Source: Azolla caroliniana (taxonomy: Eukaryota > Plantae > Polypodiophyta). From it: DNA of 64,000 bases. Below are positions 25,838-36,552 of the stretch, piece after piece. Made by a program: the position numbers and the translations under genes. Below the pieces are notes generated by a model that was not told the DNA's origin, ran no database searches, and saw only the letters and a list, made by a program, of their open reading frames with translations. The DNA lies in NCBI GenBank assembly GCA_043228905.1, contig JBHGNT010000012.1, positions 12,400,001 through 12,464,000 on the forward strand, read 5' to 3'. Numbering within the stretch: the stretch's first letter is position 1; each line of letters opens with the position of its first letter.

Positions 25838-26045
25838 CGGAACCGGAGGATGAAGAGTACCCGGCATGAAGCCGGATGAAGAGTACCCGGCTACGGAGCC
25901 GGATGATGAAGACCCGGCTACGGAGCCGGATGATGAAGACCCGGCTACGGAGCCGGATGACGAAGACCCGGCTACGGAGCCGGATGACGAAGACCCGGCT
26001 ACGGAGCCGGATGATGAAGACCCGGCTACAGAGCCGGATGATGTA
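25838..26045 (+). repeat. 27-bp tandem repeat in the U3 of D LTRs (also 30620-30800; 27/28-bp variants in E LTRs)
   Basis: Unit ACGGAGCCGGATGATGAAGACCCGGCT. Confidence 0.95.
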
Positions 26046-26142
26046 TGTACCCGGAGAGAGATCCGGATGCGGGGACATATTTGTGAATATGTTTGCCAAG
26101 GGCCCTTGAGGCTATATTTGTAAATAGCCCGAAAGTCATATG

Positions 26143-26152
26143 TGTATAAATA
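26143..26152 (+). promoter_or_regulatory. Putative TATA box of the D LTR
   Basis: GTATAAATATGAC is conserved in the B, D, E and H LTRs upstream of the GA repeat. Confidence 0.55.
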
Positions 26153-26469
26153 TGACTTAGGGCAAACTGTTTGTGTTGCTGAAAAGTTGCTGCTCATATC
26201 TTTCTGTTTTTCCACTAAGAGGGAGTGAGGTGAGCAGCCGAGAGAGAGAGAGAGAGAGAGAGACGAAGAGGTCGTGGCCTCTGTGTATTACCGCCGCCTG
26301 TGGCGAAGACAGTGAGCTCAAGGTTGTTGCCTTGTAGCTACACCATTGTACATCTCTATTGTCTTCGTGCATTTTGCATTTCCCGTTTTCTGAGAGTTGA
26401 TCCTTTTCCTCGGTTGTGGCCGAGCGGGTTTTTCAACAAAGTGGTATCAGAGCGACGGTAACACAGAAA

Positions 26470-29400
26470 ATGGAAGGCGGCGGTAGTGGGCCTCCGGGCA
26501 TGATGGTGTTGAACTCACAGAACTACGCCGACTGGAAGATAAAGATGGAAGACCTTCTCATCGTCCGAGACCTGTACGAACCGATCGACAATGCCGAGAT
26601 ACCCAAGGGGGTAATAGAGTCGGAGTGGAAGCTCCTGAACCGGAAAGCCGTAGCGACGATCCGGCAATATGTCGATGTAAGTGTCCTGCAACATGTGGCG
26701 AACGATACGAACGCCTAGGAGATGTGGCGGAAGCTGTCCGGACTGTATGAGAGGAAGAATGCTCTGACCCGGACCTCCCTGATGAGGAAGATAGTGAATC
26801 TTAAGTACCGGGACGGCGAGAGCATGGTCGAACACGTAAGCACGTTCATGGGATTCGTGAACCAGCTTGCGGCGATCAAGTTCCCGTTGGAGGATGCAAT
26901 GCAAGCCATCATTCTGATGTGTACATTGCCGGAAAGCTGGGAGAACTTGGTGGTGACTCTCAGCACCTCCTGCACCGAAGATAACTTGTCTCTACAAACG
27001 GTAAAGACAAGTATTTTGAACGAAGAAGCGCGTCGGAGAGATAAAGAACCGGCCTCCGACTCGAAGGCGCTGCTTGCCGAATCGGAACGGGGAAGACAAT
27101 GGAACCGGAGTCCGCAAAGACGGGAGAAGTCGGGGACCCGGTCGCAGTCAAGAGGAAGGCCCACATGCTTCCACTGTGGGAAGCCGGGGCACTTCCGGAA
27201 GAATTGTCGGCATTACCGAAAAGACAACGGAGTCGACGACACCGATTCGAAGAAGTCACCGGAGAGAAACGGTGCATACCGGGGAGCCACGGACCGGAGA
27301 GGTTCGGATCGGCGAGGGCAGGACCGGAAAGGAACAACGGCACTCGCGGCAAGTGAGGAAGAAATCATGCTCATCACCGAAGAAGGTGAACTAAACGTTG
27401 CCGGCGATGAGACGACCTGGGTGGTCGATTCCGGAGCATCGTTCCACCTGACCCCGGAAAGAAGATACTTTTCATCCTACACAGCCGGTGAGCATGGCTG
27501 TGTTCGGATGGGAAATGAAGGTACGTGCCGGATTGCCGGCATCGGAGACGTGTGGTTGACAACCCCGACCGGATGCAAAATGCTGCTGAAGGATGTCCGA
27601 CACGTTCCGGAGGTTCGATTGAACCTGATTTCGGCCGGGAGGCTAGACGATGAAGGCTACACAGGTAGCATCCGGAACGGCGTAATGAAGTTCAGCAAGG
27701 GGAGCCTGATAGTGGCTCGGGCCCGGAAAGACAACACACTGTACCTGATGAATGCCCGGTTATGTCCGGAAGAGTTGAACGTGGCAGCCGACACTGCCGG
27801 TGAGCTGTGGCACAAGAGACTGTGCCACATGAGTGAGAAGGGGATGAAGAGGCTTGCAGAAGACAACCTCATTCCAGTGAAGCATGTGCATCTGGAGAAG
27901 TGCACCGATTGCCTGGCCGGTAAGCAGAACCGAGCCTCCTTCCACTCAAGGCCACCGACGAGACGTAGTGCACCATTGGAGTTGGTGCACACTGATGTGT
28001 GTCAAGTAGAAACGAAGTCACATGGCGGAGCCCAGTACTTCGTGACATTCATTGATGACCACAGCCGGAAGCTGTGGACGGCACCGTTGAAGACAAAGGA
28101 CCAAGTGTTGTGCGTCTTCAGAGAACTCCACGCGAGAGTGGAAAGGGAATCCGGCAAGAAGCTGAAAGCGATACGAGCGGATAACGGAGGGGAATACCGG
28201 GGGCAGTTCCAGGAGTACTGTCGCTCGAAGGGAATCCGGCTCGAGTTTACTGTGCCGAAGACGCCGGAACTGAACGGGCTGGCCGAGAGGATGAACCGGA
28301 CCATAATGGAGAGGGTCCGGAGTATGCTGGCGCATGCGAAATTACCCAAGGGGTTTTGGGCTGAGGCAATGTCGACGGCGACATACGTGATAAACAGATC
28401 ACCCTCAGTACCTTTGGACGGAGACACGCCGCAGAGAGTGTGGACCGGTAAGGAAGTGTCCTACCGGCATCTGAAGGTGTTCGGGTGCCTAGTGTATGTA
28501 CATGTGGCAAAGGACCGGAGAGGAAAGCTAGATCCAAAGACCCGGCCATGCATATTCCTCGGTTACGGCAACGACGAGTTCGGCTACCGAGTATGGGACC
28601 CGGTCGACAAGAAGATATTCCGGAGTCGTGATATCATCTTCATGGAGAACAAGACACTCGCCGACTGGGAGTCGGAGAAGAAGATGAAGAGCTCCAAGTC
28701 GACCGGTGAGGATCAACTCTACGAGGAGCAGTCCCGACCGGCAAGGGACCGGTTAGCACTCGAGGATCCGGCCGAAGACGGTGAAGAAACAGAACCGGCC
28801 GAAGAAGATGAAAACGATACCGGAACCAGCCCCGATCCCGAAATGGATTCGGACGAAGAAGAATCGGAAGAACCGGTTACCGAAGCTCCGGAACGGAGAT
28901 ACCCTCTAAGAGAGAGAAGGGCCCCCCGGAGATTCCCGGAACCAGAGCACGTGTTGCTAACCGACGAGGGGGAGCCGGAGAGCTTTGAAGAAGCAAAGCA
29001 TGACACCCAGAGCCGCAGGTGGTTGAGTGCCATGCAGGAAGAGATGGATTCCCTGCATGAGAACCACACATATGAACTTGTGGAGTTGCCGAAAGGAAAA
29101 CGGGCACTCCGAAACAAGTGGGTGTTCAAGCTGAAACCGGGAGATGCCGGAAACCCCCCGAGATACAAAGCCAGGATCGTGGTGAAGGGGTTCCAGCAGA
29201 AGAAGGGCGTCGACTTCGACGAGATATTTGCCCCGGTAGTGAAGATGACCTCCATCCGGACGGTGCTGAGCATAGCGGCAAGCATGGACCTCGAGGTAGA
29301 ACAGATGGACGTGAAGACGGCATTCCTTCACGGTGACCTCGAAGAAGAGATATACATGCAGCAACCGGAAGGATTCGAGAAGAAAGAGAAGGAGCACTTG

Positions 29401-30543
29401 GTATGCCGGTTGAAGAAGAGCCTTTATGGTTTGAAGCAGGCTCCCCGGCAGTGGTACCGAAAGTTTGACTCCTTCATGACCGATGAAGGGTACCACAAAA
29501 CGCAGTCCGACCACTGCGTGTTTGTGAAGAAGTTCGACGGAGGAGACTCTCTAATACTCCTCCTGTACGTGGACGACATGTTGATCGTCGGACGGGACCA
29601 GGTCAAGATACGGATGCTGAAGAAGGCTCTTCACCGAACCTTCTCAATGAAAGACCTGGGTCCGGCGAGGCAAATACTAGGGATGCACATCATCCGGGAC
29701 CGGAAGAAGAAGCAGTTGTGGCTGTCACAGGAGAAGTACGTGACAAAGGTGCTTAAACGGTTCAACATGTCGGAAGCAAGACCGGTCGGATCGACCCTCC
29801 CGGCAAACTGCAAGTTGTCCAGCAAGCAAAGCCCCAAGACAAAGGCTGAGAAGGAGGACATGATGAAAGTGCCATATGCCTCTGCCGTCGGAAGCTTGAT
29901 GTACGCAATGGTGTGTACAAGACCGGACATAGGATATGCAGTCGGAGTGGTGAGCCGGTACATGAGCAATCCCGGAAAAGAGCACTGGAACGCGGTCAAG
30001 TGGATACTCCGATACCTGAAGGGCACGACAAACGTGTGCCTCCGATTCGGCTCCGGTAAGCCCGAACTCGACGGCTTTACCGATTCGGATATGTCGGCTG
30101 ATGCAGATACCAGCCGGTCCACATCAGGGTATGTGATGACGTATGCAGGGGGAGCTGTTTCGTGGCAGTCGAGGCTGCAGAAGACGGTTGCGTTGTCAAC
30201 CACGGAGGCGGAGTACATGGCGGCTGTTGAAGCCGGCAAGGAAATAATATGGATGAAGGACTTCATTAGAGAGCTCGGTATCCGGCAGCAGGAGTACCGA
30301 CTCTACTGCGATAGTCAGAGTGCCATCCACCTTGCGAAGAACGCGGCCTATCACTCCCGGACGAAGCACATCCAGCGTAGATACCACTGGATCCGGGAAA
30401 GGATAGAAGACCAGGAGTTCGTGCTGACGAAGATCCACATGGACGAAAACGGCTCAGATATGCTGACCAAAGTGCTCACACCCGACAAGCTGGAAGCATG
30501 CCGGAAGAGGATCGGATTGGAGAGACATCCCATGCCGAAGTGA
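26470..30543 (+). CDS. gag-pol: Copia Gag-Pol polyprotein of D with a single in-frame TAG at 26716-26718
   Basis: ORFs 26416-26718 and 26722-30543 are in the same frame. Motifs CFHCGKPGHFRKNC, WVVDSGASFH, VHTDVC, NGLAERMNRT, LLYVDDM and FTDSDM are intact. Confidence 0.95.
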
Positions 30544-31345
30544 AGGGGGAGTTTGTTGGGATATCGGTCCCTCCGGATGGGATGTCCGGAGATGAATGAC
30601 GGCAAGCCCGGTTGCGGTTACGGAACCGGAGGATGAAGAGTACCCGGCATGAAGCCGGATGAAGAGTACCCGGCTACGGAGCCGGATGATGAAGACCCGG
30701 CTACGGAGCCGGATGATGAAGACCCGGCTACGGAGCCGGATGACGAAGACCCGGCTACGGAGCCGGATGATGAAGACCCGGCTACAGAGCCGGATGATGT
30801 ATGTACCCGGAGAGAGATCCGGATGCGGGGACATATTTGTGAATATGTTTGCCAAGGGCCCTTGAGGCTATATTTGTAAATAGCCCGAAAGTCATATGTG
30901 TATAAATATGACTTAGGGCAAACTGTTTGTGTTGCTGAAAAGTTGCTGCTCATATCTTTCTGTTTTTCCACTAAGAGGGAGTGAGGTGAGCAGCCGAGAG
31001 AGAGAGAGAGAGAGAGAGACGAAGAGGTTGTGGCCTCTGTGTATTACCGCCGCCTGTGGCGAAGACAGTGAGCTCAAGGTTGTTGCCTTGTAGCTACACC
31101 ATTGTACATCTCTATTGTCTTCGTGCATTTTGCATTTCCCGTTTTCTGAGAGTTGATCCTTTTCCTCGGTTGTGGCCGAGCGGGTTTTTCAACACATCAA
31201 ACACTAAATAGGTTGCTCGTGTTGAATGTTTAACGTTTTATGCGTATAAGAGATATGTGAGGCATTTGCCCATAGGATAAAGGTGTCACCGCATGAACTA
31301 TATTTCAAGCGCAAGCCGAATTTAGGGCACCTCCGGATTAGTGGA

Positions 31346-34300
31346 TGTTGAGATACAAGCTCAACATCGGCCGGATCGACTGAGCAAACCAAGGGCCAGA
31401 TTGGTTGGAAACCGGTACGCAAACGGGTGCGTAGGAAGGCCGGATCGGTGCGGAAACCAGGAGGCCATCGGAAAGATATTCCACAAGGAATATATTTGGG
31501 AGTTAGTGTAGGGGCTCCTCAATGAGCATTGAAGTACTGTCAGTACTTCTGTCAGTCCGAAAAGGACTTCTATAAAAGTGTTCATTGAACACACATGATG
31601 TACAGATCGAGTATTATTTTTTGAATTAAGTTCTTGTGTTTACTCTCTCTCAGTCTCTCCCGTGAGTACTATGCAAACCTAAGCTTTCCATTAAACCTGT
31701 GTTTTCTGTTGTTCGGGTTCCTATATGGCTTCCGCACGCCATTCTTTTCATGGTATCAGAGCGCGAGGGTTGAGAACCTCTACAGTCGACTTTGCTTGAA
31801 GGAAAAACCAACGAAGAAGAACAAGAAAACCGATGGCCAGAGGAATGGCTAGCTCGCTTCCGATGGAGAAGCTCGACAGAACCAACTACGCATCTTGGTC
31901 CTACAAGATGCACCAGTACCTGCTCAGACACGGTTACTGGAGCTATGTCGATGGAGCAAATGACACAGCACCCGATTCGACACACAAAGACTTCTTGGCG
32001 TGGGAACAATCGGCGAGCAGAGTGTTGTACTGTTTCACGTCTTGTGTGGGCGAATAGCTATTAAGCTACGTTCGGGATGCAAAAACGCCGAAGGGTGCGT
32101 GGGAAAATCGGAAGAAGATCTTCGTTGCGAGCACCACAGCCAGGAAGCTTCAGCTCCGACAGGAGTTGAGCAACCTACGACAATGCGATTTGTCGGTGGC
32201 TGACTATACCTCGAAGATCAAGGACATATGCGACTCCGATTCGGAGAGAACCGGGTTCGGAACAGGTTCCGGAAAGACCGACAAAGGAAATCGGCAACGA
32301 TCGCACTATGCCGAAGGATCCGAAGAAACTGAAAAAGGGTCAGTCGTCGTGACGAGACACGAAGAAAACTTAGTGAAGAAGATCACCCCGAAGTCGGAGG
32401 TGTGGTACGTCGACTCCGGCGCGTCAAACCACATGACGTGCCACGAGGAGTGGTTCTCATACCTTGAGAAACTGACGCAACCAGGAGTAGTCGCAACTGG
32501 AGACGACACTCCGCATCCGATCGCGAATGTCGGTGAAGTTCCCCTGAACCATGTCGGGCAGAAAGGGAAACTCATGAACGTGTTACACATCCTGAAAATC
32601 ACAAAGAACTTGGTGTCGGTCGGGCAGATCGTCGACCAGGGGATGCAAGTTCGGTTTACGCATCTCCGGTGCTTCATCGAGGAAGAAAGCCAAGTTATTG
32701 CGCAAGGGCGCAGAGACGGGAGGATGCTTATCCTCGACTCTAGTGACGGTGGCACCGCAATATTCGTGAAAGGACAAAAAGTCGAGTCGGACATCGACTA
32801 ATGGAACAAGTGGATAGGCCACGTCAACTATCAACAGCTTCAGGACCTGCAAATCGAAACAGGTGGTGTTCGGATTGCCCAAATTTAGTGGCCAGAAGGC
32901 ACAAATTTGTGAAGCCTGCCAGCTTGGGAAGCAACACCGACATCCCTTCCCGAACGAGCGTAACCGGATTTGGAACAAGCTCGACTTGATACACTCCGAT
33001 GTGTGGGGCCGACACAAAACGTTAGTCTTGGCAGGAGCCGATATTTCGTCTCCTTCATCGACGACTACACGCGACACACGTGGATCTACCTCATTGAGAG
33101 GAAGAGCGAAGTCTTCGACTATTTCCAGGACCTCAAAGGGTTCGTGGAAACGGAAACAGGAAGGAAGATCAAGTGCCTATGGTCGGATGGCGGAAAAGAA
33201 TACTTTTCTGGTCAATTCAATAGTTATCTACAACAGATGGGAATTCGGCGCGAATTCAGTTGTAGATACACGCCGGAGAAAAACGGCGTGGCCGAGAGGA
33301 AAAATTGGTCGGTTGTGGAAGTGGCGCGGGCAATGCTGGAAGAAAAGAGCTTGCCCAAGTTCTATTGGGTCGAGGCGGTACAAACCACGGTATACATCCA
33401 GAACCGGATCGGAGACAAAGTGTCGGCGCATGAGCTATATTTCGGAATGAAGCCGAACTTGCGACACTTACGAGTTTTTGGTAGCATTGCGTATGTGCAT
33501 GTGCCGAAGGAAAACGGAGGAAGCTGGACGCAAAGGCCGAGAAATGTATCTTGGTCGGTTACTCGGACAAGTAGAAGGGTTATAAGTGTTATAACCCGCG
33601 CACCAAACAAGCGCACGTGAGCCGCTACGTTGTGTTTGACGAGTCCGCTTCCTCGTACTTGCCTCCGACTCCGGACCTCACCTCCAATCCGAGTTCTGAT
33701 AATGAGGTCAACGAGGTCAAGATGCCTCCGGATGAGCCTGAAATCGGGAACCGCAAAAAGAGTCCGATTTCGTTTCGGTTAAGCAAACAGAATGGACGAC
33801 TGAGTCGGTTCGACTAGTACGATGAGGAGCCGGTGAGTAGTGGAGACTCGGCCGTGCATTCCCCACGTAGGAAGCCGAGGAGACGGCTTACGCGCAAAGA
33901 AAAAGGGAAGAAGAAGGTGTCGGATTACGGCATGGATAGGAACGAGTCGGATCGATGCGAGTCCGACTCCGAGGGAAGTGACCACGGGTCTTCAAAACCG
34001 AAGTCTGCGTCGGCCAAGAAAGCCTCAACATCGGTTAATGAGCAATTACGCCAATCAACGCACCAGAAGAACCCTATTGTGTGGTTCGGTTATAATGAGT
34101 ACATGGCGCACCATTACGCGTACATGACGAGAGTGGCAGAAGTGCGTGAGCCGGAGAGCTATGCAGAAGCGGCGAAGGACGCGAGTTGGCGCGCCGCAAT
34201 GGAGGAAGAGATGTGCGCATTAGTGGAAAATGAAACCTGGGACCTGGTTGACGCACCGAAGGGTGTGAAGCCGATCGGATGTAGGTGTGTGTACAAGGTC

Positions 34301-35716
34301 AAGTACAACACCGACGGCTCAGTCAACCGATACAAGGCCCGGTTAGTGGCAAAAGGCTACGCGCAAAAACACGACATCGACTACGATGAGACGTTTGCGC
34401 CAGTCGCGAAGATGACGACCATCCGTGTTTTGCTTGTGGTAGTTGCGGCAAAGGGGTGGCACTTACATCAGATGGATGTAAAGAATACGTTCCTGCAAGG
34501 TGAGCTTGAGGAACAGGTGTACATGGTACAGCCCCCCGGATTTCACTCCGGAACGAACACGTCGGTAGTGTGCCGATTGAAGAAGTCCCTTTACGGACTC
34601 AAGCAAGCCCCGCGTGCTTGGAACGCGAAGATCACGCAACAACAGCGTTGGATGGGCTTTGCAACGTCAAAATCGGACTCTTCCTTATTCATCCGGAAAG
34701 GTCGACTCAGTCTGGTCAGCATTTTACTATATGTTGATGACTTAGTCATAACCGACACCGAGCTAGGTGAAATCGACCGCGTGAAGCTCCAGCTTGCGGC
34801 ATCATTCGACATGAAGGATCTGGGGGACCTTCATTACTTCCTCAGGATCGAAGTGATCCACACCCCCAAAAGCATACTAATAAGCCAACGTCATTACGCG
34901 CTAAATATGCTCTTCAAATTCGGGATGGCAGACTATAAGTCCGTCTCGACTCCTCTGGATAGAACCATCAAACTTCGCCCCAATTCCGGAAAGGTATGCG
35001 ACCCAACGAGGTTCCGACAAATTGTCGGAAGCCTTATCTACTTGACAATCACCCGACCCGATCTCAGTTATCCGGTCGGGGTGATCAGTCAGTTCATGGC
35101 GCGACCTACCGAGGAGCACCTTCAGTGTGCGCAATGCGTACTGCAGTACGTAAGCGGCACTAAGGACCGGGGACTGCTATATCGGACTGGTACAACCTCA
35201 CAGTTGGTTGGCTACACCGATGTTGATGGGGCTGGCAACGCCGCCGATCGCCGATCCACGTCCGGATACGCGTTCTCTCTTGGGAGTGTTGCGATAGCGT
35301 GGAGCAGTAAGAAGTAGCCGACAGTTGCATTGTCGAGCACCGAAGCTAAGTATAGAGGAGCGGTTGTCGCGACATGCGAAGCCATATGGTTGAAGCGGTT
35401 ACTTAAGGATCTGCAAGTGGAGTTGTCCGATCCAACGACTATCTACTTCGACAACCTCAGCAGCATCCAGCTCGTCAAGAACCCTGTTTTCCACACCCGG
35501 ACTAAGCACATTAAAGTGCACTACCATTTCGTCCATGAGCATGTTCTCTGCGGTGAAGTCGAACTTCAGTATGTTCTGACAAATTGGCAAACCTCCGACA
35601 TCTTCACCAAGCCTCTTGGACAGGACAAGTTGCGGCAATTCTCGGGTGCAGTTGGGTTGCCGAACTTGAGGGGGAGAGATGTCCCGAATGACCACGGAAG
35701 GGGGAGAAAAGACCGT
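31346..35716 (+). mobile_element. Element F: degenerate A-family Copia; 3' end interrupted by Gypsy G
   Basis: 5' LTR 31346-31750, PBS at 31751, gag MARGMASSLPMEKLDRTNY, pol fragments to ~35680 similar to A. Preceded by a short Copia integrase scrap at ~31274-31345. Confidence 0.9.
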
Positions 35717-35904
35717 TGTTGTAGTGTAATTCATACACTACGTGGAAATTGCATTTTGTCCATTCGGATAGAGAATAAAATACCCGGTGCGAACTGGACA
35801 AAGAGGAACCGGCAAGGAAGACCCGGATGAAGAAGGCCGGTGTGAGTCTCTTACGGGATGAAGAGACACAATTATAAATAAAAGAAACATTAAAATTTCT
35901 GTTA

Positions 35905-35975
35905 CGTCCATAGGGCAGGATTCAAATCCTGCACCTCCACGCAGACAAACTCCAGCCTTACCATTATACTAACTT
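35905..35975 (-). other. tRNA-derived (A-box/B-box-like) segment inside the G LTR
   Basis: Minus strand reads TAGTATAATGGTAAGG...TTTGTCT...GCAGGATTTGAATCCTGC. A homolog lies at 62983-63047 (+) in the L LTR. Confidence 0.6.
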
Positions 35976-36552
35976 ATTCTGAGTGTTTCAAATATAGATT
36001 TAATACGTATAAAACCTTTATTTTCTCTTACCTTTATTAAAAGGTAAGTCATGCATTTTTAGAATGCGTGAAAACTTTATTTATATGTACACTAATAAAA
36101 TTACGCATGCACATGTAGCGGGCATGAATGCTAAATTTAGGAAATCGTAGTGGGAAAAGTAAGGCATGCACATTTAGAGAGCATGAACACTTTAGAAAAG
36201 CAAGAAGTTATGCTTAGCCTCTTCGTCCTTATATGAGGAAGGAAAAAGATGTATAGGGGCGTTGGTTATTTTGGATTAAGTATTGATCAATATAAAAAAT
36301 TATTCGTGGGATTCACGATTTATGCATCTACTTCTCTCTTAACAACCTAAGTACCAATTAATATAGTATACTCGTGTGATTCACGAGTTTCTTATCTTTG
36401 TCTTTGTTATCTACTCATAATTAATCTCTATCTCACGATCTCCTTTCTCCTAGTCCAAAACCCCAGCGGTTCCCACCCGACTCACGTAACGATCCGGCGC
36501 CGAGAGGCACGACACATTTGGTGAACTCGACGTGAAAACGGGTGGCAAGGAG

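Larger units (their letters stand above)
25771..31194 (+). mobile_element. Element D: very young full-length Ty1/Copia (Tork/Tnt1-like)
   Basis: LTRs 25771-26438 and 30554-31194 differ visibly by one C/T and one 27-bp unit. TSD CATCA. PBS 26442-26453; PPT 30541-30551. Confidence 0.97.
14416..31268 (-). mobile_element. Element C': older chromovirus copy in pieces (14416-17571, 24359-25770, 31200-31268), interrupted by C and D
   Basis: 3' LTR 14416-14869 with adjacent PPT. RNase H, RT and protease remnants at 15210-17380 ([23 protein letters not shown]). Gag and 5' UTR pieces are reverse complements of element C sequence. Confidence 0.88.

Noticed and set aside
25838-26045. Hammerhead ribozyme (retrozyme) or C/D-box snoRNA in the TGATGA-containing repeat
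   Set aside because: The core is ATGATGA rather than CTGATGA, there is no GAAA with three-stem topology, and no paired D box is evident.
25866-26123. (PATEPDDED)n ORF and the overlapping repeat ORFs as genes
   Set aside because: These are by-products of a 27-bp LTR repeat that is stop-free in several frames.
26716-26718. Programmed stop-codon readthrough in D
   Set aside because: The stop lies early in gag, and sister element E has a Tyr codon at that position, so it is a simple nonsense change.
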